Below are positions 48,941-57,945 of a stretch of DNA of 64,000 nucleotides, piece after piece. Source of the DNA: a virus (Duplodnaviria; Caudoviricetes); IMG/VR virus record IMGVR_UViG_3300020577_014401, positions 1 to 64,000 of that record; one strand, 5' to 3'. A program made the translations under genes and the position numbers. Position 1 is the first letter of the stretch. The number at the start of each line of letters is the position of its first letter. The notes beneath the pieces were generated by a model. That model was not told the origin of the DNA. It was given only the letters and a program-made list of their open reading frames with translations, and did no database searches.

Positions 48941-50818
48941 ATGACCAGGTTTACGAATCACGGCGATTTCGTTTTCGAGCAGTCCAGCACACTTGGCCAA
49001 AATCATCCGTTTTGGGGACCGCACTCCAAATGGTGGCCCGGTCAAGTCGAGACACCCAAGCAGAAGGAGACGGACATGGCATGCGGGGGGTGCAATCAGC
49101 CCAATCGAGTCGCCAACACCGGTCCTGTCGACATCAAGGAATGGTACAAGTCGGAGAAGAACGCCCCTCCGGATTTCCACGCGCACATGGATACGCTCAA
49201 GGAGCTGTGCGCCTCGATCAAGCACGCCACGGAGATGTCGATCTGGCCCAAGCAGGCCTACTTGGCGATCGCGGCCGGCATGCCGGATGACGGGGTGCTG
49301 ATCAGCGTGTCGCTCGGCGGCAAACCGTGGTGGCCGAAAATGGCGGCATCGCTCGGCGCCAGGTTCAAGATGACCCCGCAGAATTCCCTGACGGCGGACA
49401 TCGAGCCGACCGAGTTATTGTTCATCGACTCCGAACACACCGCACAACGGACGTACGACGAGCTGACCCGGCACGCCGGCAAAGTGTCCAAGTACATCGT
49501 CATCCATACGGTGGCCCGCGACACGTTCGGAGAACGCGGCGACGACGGCGGCCCCGGCGTCATGGCCGGAGTCCGGCAGTGGCTCCGCGAAGGAGCCTCC
49601 CGCGAGTGGGTGGTGAAGCGATTCGACGAGCACAACCACGGATTGGTTGTTCTCAGCCGCGATCCCGAAGACCATCCGAAGATCAAGTTCGGGGCCCGTT
49701 CCGCCCTTCGGTTCGTCCGATCGAAGATCAAGCACAAGCTGAACGGGTCCACGTACCTGCCGTTGCCGATGGCGCAGGAACGGTTGGACATCTGCCTCAC
49801 TTGCGACAGCCGCGGAGGCCAGGAGGGCAACAACTGCAAGATCTGCAAATGCTTCCTCGCCGAGATCCCCGATTACGCCCCGGTCAACCATGGGCAGCCC
49901 GGCAAGGCGTTCATCCCGACCGAAGGGTGCCCGATCGGCAAATGGCACGACCGTCCGAACGACGGAGTGTCGATGACCGGCGAAGAGGTCGAGGCCATGC
50001 TCGAAACTCTCCGTGCCGAATCGGAGAAGCACCACGCCGAGGCCCCGGCCGCGGAGGAAAGCAGTCCTGTCGCGGTCGAGGTCGCCCATGTTGCCGCAGA
50101 AACTCCCAAGCAGGTCGACAAGACGTACCCGCTGGACCGGGTGTTCTCGATGTCGGGCGACTTGGGCGACATCATTTGCGCCCTTCCCGTGATCCGGACT
50201 CTCGGCGGCGGGAAGCTCGTGCTGTACCCGTCCAACCGGACGACCGTTCGCATGACGATGGACCGGGCCGCGGTGATCGCCCCGCTGCTCGTGACTCAGC
50301 CGTACATCTCGACGGTGCAATTCGCCGACAACCCCGAAGGCATCGATCTGGATTCGTGGAGAAACAGAATCAAGCCCGGGACTCTCCAGACGGCGCTCGA
50401 TGCGATCTCCGAGACATTCCTGCACGGAGCCAGGTTGTCGCACGAAGTGACTTGGCTCAAAGTCCCGCCCGAGAGAAGAGCGGCGGTCGTCTTCCATCGC
50501 ACGCTCAAGGACAATCAGTCGATGGACTGGAAGCGGTTGCTCAAGGAGCACCCCGATTCCGTGTTTGTCGGACTCAAGCAGGAGCACGAAGCGTTCGAAT
50601 CGGACATCGGTCCGATTCCATACGTCGAAACGACTGACTTGCTGAAGATGGCCGCTGTCATCTCCGGAGCCGACCGTGTCATCTGCAACCAGTCTGTCGG
50701 CCTGATCATCGCTTACGGGCTCGGTAAACCGGTGATCTGCGAGACCAACCGCAAGGGCATGAACTGCGCCTGGAACCGCAAGGACTGCGAATTCCGCCCC
50801 GACCCCAGACTGACGTGA
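48941..50818 (+). CDS. SAM methyltransferase + Cys-cluster domain + GT9-like glycosyltransferase fusion (alternative start ATG 49076)
   Basis: ELLFIDSEH MTase motif; CxxC...CxxCxC...CPIGKW; SGDLGDII...ISGADRVICNQS...GLGKP. Confidence 0.7.
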   Translation: MTRFTNHGDFVFEQSSTLGQNHPFWGPHSKWWPGQVETPKQKETDMACGGCNQPNRVANTGPVDIKEWYKSEKNAPPDFHAHMDTLKELCASIKHATEMSIWPKQAYLAIAAGMPDDGVLISVSLGGKPWWPKMAASLGARFKMTPQNSLTADIEPTELLFIDSEHTAQRTYDELTRHAGKVSKYIVIHTVARDTFGERGDDGGPGVMAGVRQWLREGASREWVVKRFDEHNHGLVVLSRDPEDHPKIKFGARSALRFVRSKIKHKLNGSTYLPLPMAQERLDICLTCDSRGGQEGNNCKICKCFLAEIPDYAPVNHGQPGKAFIPTEGCPIGKWHDRPNDGVSMTGEEVEAMLETLRAESEKHHAEAPAAEESSPVAVEVAHVAAETPKQVDKTYPLDRVFSMSGDLGDIICALPVIRTLGGGKLVLYPSNRTTVRMTMDRAAVIAPLLVTQPYISTVQFADNPEGIDLDSWRNRIKPGTLQTALDAISETFLHGARLSHEVTWLKVPPERRAAVVFHRTLKDNQSMDWKRLLKEHPDSVFVGLKQEHEAFESDIGPIPYVETTDLLKMAAVISGADRVICNQSVGLIIAYGLGKPVICETNRKGMNCAWNRKDCEFRPDPRLT

Positions 50819-50820
50819 GC

Positions 50821-51735
50821 ATGGAATACAAACTCGTCGTGAGACGCAAAGGAGTCGGAGACACAGTGGCGATCTCGCCCTTGGTGCGGGATCTTCACCG
50901 TTTCAGACCGGATATCCGGATATCCGTCGAAGGCACGTTGGCTTCGGAAATTTTCAAACACGACCCGAGAGTCTCGACCTGGTCCGGAAACGGACGGGAA
51001 GTTGTGATCGACTACAAGCCGACTCACGATCGGGCTCGGTTCGACAAATCCGCCAGGTACCTGCTCGCCGGACTGGAAGACTTTAACCTCCAGACCGGCC
51101 TCAGTGTCCCGGCCGGCGATCCTAGACCCGAGCTCGTCCTGCTCGACGAGGAACGACCGGAACCGTCGGCCTATCCTTACATCGTCCTGGCTTCCGGTGT
51201 GAAACTGGACATGCCGCTGAAGCGGTACCCGCATAACCGTTGGGCCGAACTGGTGAGGCTCGGTTCGGCTCTGGGTTGGAAATTCCGACAGGTCGGCCAA
51301 ATCCACGACGGCAGGTTGCCGCATATCCAGGAAGCGATTCCTGGCGCCGACAACCTTCTCGGCAAGACATCGATCAGGCAGTTGTTCCGCGTGATCTCCG
51401 GGGCGGCCGCCGTGGTCTGCCACGTCTCGCTGCCGATGTTGATCGCGTCGGCCTTCCGTGTCCCGTGCATCGTTCTCGGGGGCGGGCGGGAGAACCCTTG
51501 GCTGTTCGCCGACATGGGAGTCGACTATCTTCACACCATCGGCGAGCTCGGGTGTTGTCAGCTGCACGGCTGCCATGCTTGTTTCGCCAAACCGGCCCAC
51601 GACGGAGCCTATCCTCCCGGCAGTCTTTGCGCCGATCCGGTGGAATGCGAGAACGGGTCCGCGGTCGGGCGGTGCATGACGCTCATTGAGCCGTCCGAGA
51701 TCGTCGATCGTCTGAGCGTACTCGTCCGACCCTAA
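50821..51735 (+). CDS. GT9/ADP-heptosyltransferase-like glycosyltransferase
   Basis: GVGDTV...KRYP...LLGKTSIRQL...SLPMLIASAFRVPCIVLGG. Confidence 0.85.
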   Translation: MEYKLVVRRKGVGDTVAISPLVRDLHRFRPDIRISVEGTLASEIFKHDPRVSTWSGNGREVVIDYKPTHDRARFDKSARYLLAGLEDFNLQTGLSVPAGDPRPELVLLDEERPEPSAYPYIVLASGVKLDMPLKRYPHNRWAELVRLGSALGWKFRQVGQIHDGRLPHIQEAIPGADNLLGKTSIRQLFRVISGAAAVVCHVSLPMLIASAFRVPCIVLGGGRENPWLFADMGVDYLHTIGELGCCQLHGCHACFAKPAHDGAYPPGSLCADPVECENGSAVGRCMTLIEPSEIVDRLSVLVRP

Positions 51736-51765
51736 AATCTCACCTTATGCACGGCATTATTACTT

Positions 51766-51806
51766 GCGGACGAATACGTCGTCCGCGAAGGGGCCGCCTT
51801 CTTGTT
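51766..51806 (+). terminator. hairpin pair at the module boundary
   Basis: GCGGACGA-atacg-TCGTCCGC followed by GAAGG-ggccg-CCTTC-TTGTT. Confidence 0.4.
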
Positions 51807-51826
51807 AGCGGTCAGGAGCACGATCG

Positions 51827-53083
51827 TTGAGCACACCGATTCAAGATCTGATGGACGACGTCGAAGCGTGCATGGACGTCGGCAGTGTGGCGTACATCCT
51901 CGGCCCGCCCGGCTGCGGCAAGACCGCGGCCATCTCCGCCTTGGCCAAGAAGCGCGGCGGGTTCTTCGCCGCCATCGTCGGATCGATTTCCGACCCGACC
52001 GACATCTCCGGGTTTCCCGTGGTCACGCAGGCCGAGCACTCCGATTCGGCCGGGCGAAAGACGCCGTCCCTGAAGTTCGCCCCGAGAGACTTGCTGGTCC
52101 GTCTCAATGATGAGGGTGGCGTCCTGTTCCTCGATGAACTGACATCCTGCCCACCGGCGACCCAGGCCTCGCTGCTCACCGGCATCTGCGATTGGCGATT
52201 CGGCGATTTCCAGCTGGACCGTCACAGGGTGGCGATCGTCGCCGCCGGCAACCCGGCCGATATCGCGGCCAACGGTCAAGAGCTGGCCGACCCCATGAAC
52301 AACCGGCTCGAGCATTTCGAGTTCCCGGTCGATTCCTCGGCGATCTACGAGTGGTGCTCGCAGTTCCCGGGCTATTGGGGCGACCCGCCGAAGGTGGGGT
52401 TCATCAGCCGGCACGGCGAACGGTTCATTTCGCCGGAATACCTGCTCCGGGCCCGATCGGCCGTCGCCGGGTACATCCGCAAGAACACGAAGGCGTGGTT
52501 GGACGAGCGATTCGACAAGAATTCCTCATCCAAGGATTCGTCGAAGGACCGAGTCAGCCCGGCGTGGCCGAGCCCGCGGTCTTGGGGTCGAGTCGCCAAC
52601 CATCTGGCGAAGGCGCTCGACCAGAAGAAGTCGCCGCTCTCGGCCATGCGGCGAATCACGGCCGCCATCGGTCACGCGCAGGCCGTTCAGTTCCAAACGT
52701 ATCTGCGGGAAGTCGACCTGCCGGATCCCGAGATGCTGCTGGCGAATCCGGACAAGTACAAGCCGACCGGCCGACTCGACATCGATTTCGCGACAACAAT
52801 GTCGGTCATCGCCGCTCTCGAGTCGAACGTCACCGGTGACCGCTACGTGGCTTCCTGGAAAATCTGCCGGACGGCTGTCGAGGACAAGGGCGAAGCCGGG
52901 CCGGCGTACGAGGCCGGAATGGCGGCGGCGATCCGCTTGTCGAAGTTCCTGAAGCGGCAAACCGTCGAAGGGAAGAAGCTGTACGAATCGGGCAGCGACC
53001 TGAACAAGGTCATCCTCGATTCGCATAAGCTGTCCAAGCCGTTCCTGAAGCTGATCAAGGAAGCCGCCGGGGAGCTCTCATGA
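51827..53083 (+). CDS. MoxR-like AAA+ ATPase
   Basis: GPPGCGKT Walker A, LFLDE Walker B, AAGNP sensor, NRLEH, SPRSW. Confidence 0.9.
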   Translation: MSTPIQDLMDDVEACMDVGSVAYILGPPGCGKTAAISALAKKRGGFFAAIVGSISDPTDISGFPVVTQAEHSDSAGRKTPSLKFAPRDLLVRLNDEGGVLFLDELTSCPPATQASLLTGICDWRFGDFQLDRHRVAIVAAGNPADIAANGQELADPMNNRLEHFEFPVDSSAIYEWCSQFPGYWGDPPKVGFISRHGERFISPEYLLRARSAVAGYIRKNTKAWLDERFDKNSSSKDSSKDRVSPAWPSPRSWGRVANHLAKALDQKKSPLSAMRRITAAIGHAQAVQFQTYLREVDLPDPEMLLANPDKYKPTGRLDIDFATTMSVIAALESNVTGDRYVASWKICRTAVEDKGEAGPAYEAGMAAAIRLSKFLKRQTVEGKKLYESGSDLNKVILDSHKLSKPFLKLIKEAAGELS

Positions 53084-54480
53084 GTTCGGAAAAACAGTCG
53101 TCCTCGGCCGAGCCCGCGGACTGGGAGGTTTCTGACAAGGCCAAGGAGATTTTCAGCCTGGCCCGCACCGCCATTCCGCTTTACTGGCCGTTCTTGACCG
53201 CGGCGGCTTATCGGTTGGTGCCCCGCTGGACTCCACTCGTGCCGACGATGGCGGTCGACAAGTGGTGGAGGCTCTACCTCAATCCGAAGTTCGTGGAGAC
53301 GAAAACGCCGCCCGCCCTCGCCTTGCTGATTGTCGGTCATGAGCTGCAGCATCTCCTTATGCAGCACCATTCCCGGTTGATGGAGTACCGCGACCGTTCG
53401 CTGATCATCAACGGGGTGGAGCACGATTTCGCCAACATCTGCAACGATCTGGCCATCAACTCGTCGCTGAAGCAATTCGCAGCGACGGGGATCGCCTATC
53501 GGACCCAGGTGTCGGCGAAGCCGGCCGGCAAGCTGGAGGCGCCTGTCGAAGCGATGTACCCGGAGAACTTCGTCGACAAGCAAGGCAACAAGTTTCCGAA
53601 CGGATTGATCTCGGAGCGGTACGCCGAGCTTTTCGAGAAGAACGCCCAAGCGAAACCGAAAAGTGGAAAAGCGGGCGGTACCGGCAAACCGTGTTCCGGC
53701 CAGTGTGGTTCGGGCGGCGGTCAACAGGCCGGCGACTGGGAAGACAAGGGGGACGCCGACCCGGACAAGCCCACCACGGGTGTGACGAAAGAAGAGGCGG
53801 ATGTGCTCGCCAGGCACACGGCCGAAGCGGCACGGGAGCAGGCGCAGAAGCACCGCGGCACCGTGCCGGGCAACATGGAATTGTGGGCTGAAGTCCAGCT
53901 CAGCCCCCCGAAGATCGATTGGCGGAAGCAGTTGGCCCCCATCGTTCGGAAGGGGTTGAACTGGGCGGCCGGCCGGACCAACTACTCGTTCTCTCGACCG
54001 AATCGGAGAGCGATCGCTTCCATGTCGAAGGTCGTCCTCCCCGGCATGTATTCGCCGAAGCCGAAGTTCGTTGTCGCCCTCGACACCAGCGGGTCGATGG
54101 GAAGGAAGGATTACGCAATCGCGTTCTCGGAGTTGAAGTCCGTACTGGCGACTTGCGGGATCCCCAAGATCCCGTTCTTCTCCGTCGACGCCCAGGCGTA
54201 TGACATCCAGATGATTTCCAAGTTGGAGGACATCAAGCTCACCGGCGGCGGCGGGACGGACATGGGGCTGGCCGTCAAAGTCGCCTCCGAGATCCCCGGC
54301 ATCAGTCTGATCATCGTGCTGACCGACGGGGTCACCGATTGGTGCCCGCCGCCCCCGAACGACATCCGTGTCATCATCGTTCTCACACAGAAGGAGACGG
54401 AGAGCTACCCCGCCCCGTCGTGGGCGACAGTGATGGAAGCATTCGACGAAAAGAGAAAACCCGACCATGATGACGATTGA
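53080..54480 (+). CDS. HExxH metallopeptidase-like + VWA domain protein (DUF2201-like)
   Basis: TMAVD, HELQH, DTSGSM MIDAS, GGGGTD, LTDG. Confidence 0.85.
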   Translation: MSSEKQSSSAEPADWEVSDKAKEIFSLARTAIPLYWPFLTAAAYRLVPRWTPLVPTMAVDKWWRLYLNPKFVETKTPPALALLIVGHELQHLLMQHHSRLMEYRDRSLIINGVEHDFANICNDLAINSSLKQFAATGIAYRTQVSAKPAGKLEAPVEAMYPENFVDKQGNKFPNGLISERYAELFEKNAQAKPKSGKAGGTGKPCSGQCGSGGGQQAGDWEDKGDADPDKPTTGVTKEEADVLARHTAEAAREQAQKHRGTVPGNMELWAEVQLSPPKIDWRKQLAPIVRKGLNWAAGRTNYSFSRPNRRAIASMSKVVLPGMYSPKPKFVVALDTSGSMGRKDYAIAFSELKSVLATCGIPKIPFFSVDAQAYDIQMISKLEDIKLTGGGGTDMGLAVKVASEIPGISLIIVLTDGVTDWCPPPPNDIRVIIVLTQKETESYPAPSWATVMEAFDEKRKPDHDDD

Positions 54481-54522
54481 AGCGGCTCGCAAAATTCAGT
54501 CGTCGTGGGTATCATCAACTCC

Positions 54523-54795
54523 ATGTCAGTTTTGACTCTGGACCGGAATTCCATCCGGACGTATGCCGCCAGGAGGAACGTGCAAGTCGCGTTCCCGTTC
54601 CTGGCGGCATACGCCAAAGTCCAATCTCCGGGGTGTTGCGGCGGCTCGTCGCCGCCGATCAACGGAACCCCGGCCTTGCGGCAAATCGCTTCCCTGCCGA
54701 AAGATCGGCAGGAGGAGCTGAAACGGCTGCTCGGGGTCTCGACGATCCGGCTTCGGATCGTCGAAGCCGGCCGATCGAAGTCAGTCGAAATCTGA
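54523..54795 (+). CDS. hypothetical protein
   Basis: Short ORF with GCCGG motif. Confidence 0.5.
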   Translation: MSVLTLDRNSIRTYAARRNVQVAFPFLAAYAKVQSPGCCGGSSPPINGTPALRQIASLPKDRQEELKRLLGVSTIRLRIVEAGRSKSVEI

Positions 54796-54818
54796 ACTGG
54801 AGAGAGGATTTCCGCATC

Positions 54819-55199
54819 ATGGAGAAGAACTACCAGATCGATCCCAAACGGATCTACGGTATGTCCGACAACCAGGTCGACCCGGATGCTCCGGGCAGCA
54901 TCTGGGTGCCGGTGGTCAGCGCCGACCGGGAGGAGTGCGACAGCCCGGATGCCAAGATCTATGTCACCCGTTACGTTTCCTCGAAGAAGAACGGCGGTCA
55001 GGGCTGCAGCATCGATCGCACTGTCGGCCCTGAACCCGACGCCGGGCAAAGCGCGCCGACCGGGCCGGCCGGCATGGGCCGGGTGATCAGCGCCGACGAG
55101 TACCGGGCCCAGATCGCTCGGGTCAAGTTCAAGCAATCCGCCGGCGAAGCCCAGCGGTTTGTGGCCTTCCACCGGGTGCGTCTTGCCGACTTCATCTGA
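54819..55199 (+). CDS. hypothetical protein
   Basis: GAGGA SD; start reassigned. Confidence 0.55.
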   Translation: MEKNYQIDPKRIYGMSDNQVDPDAPGSIWVPVVSADREECDSPDAKIYVTRYVSSKKNGGQGCSIDRTVGPEPDAGQSAPTGPAGMGRVISADEYRAQIARVKFKQSAGEAQRFVAFHRVRLADFI

Positions 55200-55695
55200 A
55201 CCAGTCGGGGCGCTCGACGAGATCTTCGTCGGGTGCGCCTCCGGGGTCGTGACCGGGGCCGTTCGAAAGCAATTCGAATCGGCCCTTGTCCGCAAGGAAG
55301 ATGGACTCGCCAAGACCGCGGCGGCCGTCTGGATCACGGACTTCCTGCTGAAGGAACTCCCGGACAAGGCCGCTGGAATTTGGTTGATGGCCGGCGGTGG
55401 TTTGATTCAGGAGCCATCCGAGAAGCTGGTGGGCCGACTATTCGACAGCCGGGTCGACGATCCGTCACCGATCCTGTCGATCTCCAGCGGGCGCTACGTG
55501 GCAATCACGGGATTGCCGTTTCTGTTCGATTTGTCCGAAGGATGCAAGTTGTCCGGACCGAAATCGGACGTGTTCGAGACGCGGGTGTTCAACCTGCGCA
55601 TTCTGATCAGAAGCTGCCTTGAAAGGGTCAAGAAATGGACGAGCTCGCAGGCCGGGTCTGGGGAGACCCGGAAAGTCCGGCCGTCTGCCTCTTAG
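55159..55695 (+). CDS. hypothetical protein
   Basis: ORF in operon; start uncertain. Confidence 0.45.
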   Translation: MWPSTGCVLPTSSEPVGALDEIFVGCASGVVTGAVRKQFESALVRKEDGLAKTAAAVWITDFLLKELPDKAAGIWLMAGGGLIQEPSEKLVGRLFDSRVDDPSPILSISSGRYVAITGLPFLFDLSEGCKLSGPKSDVFETRVFNLRILIRSCLERVKKWTSSQAGSGETRKVRPSAS

Positions 55696-56342
55696 CTCTC
55701 GCCATCGACCGACATTGGGAAACCGACGGCCAGGGTCGACTGCTCTGCATGAACTGGCTGCCGCAGACCTGGCACCAAGAAATCGTCCAAGACACCGGCT
55801 CCGAACCGCACCCGCGATGCCTCGACCGGCTCGGTGCGGCTCTGGCTTTGTGCAACAACCCGGACGAGTATTACCACTCCGTGCCGGGGTTTCGGGACAT
55901 CTGTTCCGGCCTGGCGTCGGATTGGTTCGACTCCCGAGTCGATCAGCACCTGACGACCGACGAGTTGCTGCGCGGGCTGGTCGAAGCGCACATGATCCAT
56001 CCTCCGCACGAGACGGAGAAGTTCTCCCCGCAGGTCGTTCGCTACGTCAACATGGTGGCCCGTCACGACGGTTTCTCGAAACTGCCTGAACCGATCAAAT
56101 CGTTCGGAATCCCCGCCGACCCCGGTGTCGACTGGGGTAGTGATCTGTCCGGCGACGAGGAACTCTTCGACCTGGCCGCCGGTGCGGAGGAAGACCGCCA
56201 GCAAGACCTGATCGATTCGCTGAGTTCGTTCCTGCTCGACCTGGCCGACCGGCTCGGCAGGCTGCCTTTGAAACACATCAAGAACGCCAAATCCGTGGCG
56301 GATGACATCCTCAAGAGGGTGCCACGAATTCCGGCCGAATAG
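55635..56342 (+). CDS. hypothetical protein
   Basis: 235-aa ORF with typical codon usage. Confidence 0.6.
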   Translation: MDELAGRVWGDPESPAVCLLALAIDRHWETDGQGRLLCMNWLPQTWHQEIVQDTGSEPHPRCLDRLGAALALCNNPDEYYHSVPGFRDICSGLASDWFDSRVDQHLTTDELLRGLVEAHMIHPPHETEKFSPQVVRYVNMVARHDGFSKLPEPIKSFGIPADPGVDWGSDLSGDEELFDLAAGAEEDRQQDLIDSLSSFLLDLADRLGRLPLKHIKNAKSVADDILKRVPRIPAE

Positions 56343-56376
56343 CCGGATATCGCCGCGGGGAAAGGATTTCAATCCA

Positions 56377-57456
56377 GTGTCCGTATTCCGCGAGTATCTC
56401 CTGAAAACCTACGCCGACAGCCCCGATGCTGTCGGCGACTTCGTTTCCAAGTCTTACGTGTTCGTTCGCATCAAGCAGCGCTTCTGGCGCGGCTATCGCA
56501 AGGCCAAGGGGGTCGGGCTGCAGTTGGAAGGGGTCGAGTCCAAGGACAAGATCGCTGACGCCATGACCCAGCCGTCCTGGAAGCTGGCTCCGAAGGAACT
56601 GGTCAGTGAGTTCCAGAACTTCTCCACCAGCGTCGAGCAGGCCGTGTCCCGGTGGGCCATCTCGCCCCGCGAAGACGACGAGAATGAAGAACGGGCGGTC
56701 GCCGCGGTTCTCGTCGGGGGCGGCCGCTACATGGTCGACGTCGCCGTGTGGCCGCAGCTGCAGGACTTCCTCTCCTCGGTCCAGACGAAGTGGTCGGAGG
56801 CCGCCGATCACTGGTGTACCGAAGACGGTCACGCGAAGCTCCACGATCACGTCAAATCCCAATATGGCGATGAGGTTTACGGCCGCATCTCCAAGCTCAT
56901 CCCGGAACGGAACTCGATGCGGTCGCGGTTCGGGTTGAGCGTCCGGACGGCGCCCGTCAAAATCGTCGAGGAGGGTTCGACCTCCGATGCCTCCAAGCAG
57001 GGTCGCCGCGACGAAGTGGTCGATCTGCTCGAACTGGCCGTGAAGACCCCTCGCGAAGAGGCCGCCGAGGTCTGGGAAGAAGTCGGCAACCGGCTGGTGG
57101 AATTCGACGGCGAGCGGTGGTCGGCCAAGAAGCGGTACGTCGAAAGGGATGGAACGTCCAAGGAGACCAACCGGGTCGTCCAAGTCAGGACCGTCCAGAT
57201 GGTGAACACGACGGCCAAGGCCTTGTCCCGGGGCGAGCGGTACCTGGACCCGGTCACCAAGTCCTTTCGTGACAAGATCGTCAAGGAGTTCCCCGCCGAC
57301 GCCGGATCGGCCAAGGATGTCGCCAAGTTGCTGGCGTCGAACGATCAGGTCGCCGTTCAGCTCGGTTGCCTGCTGATCGAGGCCGCCAAGGCGTGCCGCG
57401 ACGAAGCGGCCATGTGCGAAGGTCTGTCGGCCGCAGTCGCGGTTGGAGTCCAATGA
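56377..57456 (+). CDS. hypothetical protein, DUF3150-like
   Basis: AAAGGA SD with GTG start; FWRGYRK...SWKLAPKE pattern; near the MoxR/VWA pair. Confidence 0.5.
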   Translation: MSVFREYLLKTYADSPDAVGDFVSKSYVFVRIKQRFWRGYRKAKGVGLQLEGVESKDKIADAMTQPSWKLAPKELVSEFQNFSTSVEQAVSRWAISPREDDENEERAVAAVLVGGGRYMVDVAVWPQLQDFLSSVQTKWSEAADHWCTEDGHAKLHDHVKSQYGDEVYGRISKLIPERNSMRSRFGLSVRTAPVKIVEEGSTSDASKQGRRDEVVDLLELAVKTPREEAAEVWEEVGNRLVEFDGERWSAKKRYVERDGTSKETNRVVQVRTVQMVNTTAKALSRGERYLDPVTKSFRDKIVKEFPADAGSAKDVAKLLASNDQVAVQLGCLLIEAAKACRDEAAMCEGLSAAVAVGVQ

Positions 57457-57941
57457 CCGACTTCGGCACCGGAGTTCAGTATCGTTCGATTCGACCGCGG
57501 GGCGACCGTAGGCCGGCGACCAAGCTGCGCAAACTCGGGAGACACTATGTGATCCCGAGTTGGCACGACGTCGACAGCGCCATTGTCGCCGAGACATCGA
57601 CCCTGTCGTCGTCCGTGATCGGTTACTTGGGGTTCGAGACGACCAAGACCAACGGAGTCTTGATGCCGAATCTGCAGATCTGTGAAGTGGTCACCGACCC
57701 GACGATCAGCGATGTCGACGCCGACGCGATCTTCATCGGCCTGCTGCGACGGGTGTACGGGGGATTCGACCTTGAGAAGCGAGGCTACTTGCTCGCCAAA
57801 GTGGACGGCGGCGACGAGCGGACCAGACGGTTGCTTGAAGCCGACGGATGGATCGCCACGTCGTACCGGAAAGATCGCAGCTGGATCCCGTACGCGTGGT
57901 TCGCCTTCGACCGGTTCAACAAACCGGTCGAAGGGATCTGA
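57453..57941 (+). CDS. GNAT-like protein
   Basis: VIGYLGF...RRLLEADGW resembles an acetyltransferase fold. Confidence 0.4.
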   Translation: MTDFGTGVQYRSIRPRGDRRPATKLRKLGRHYVIPSWHDVDSAIVAETSTLSSSVIGYLGFETTKTNGVLMPNLQICEVVTDPTISDVDADAIFIGLLRRVYGGFDLEKRGYLLAKVDGGDERTRRLLEADGWIATSYRKDRSWIPYAWFAFDRFNKPVEGI

Positions 57942-57945
57942 AGCG

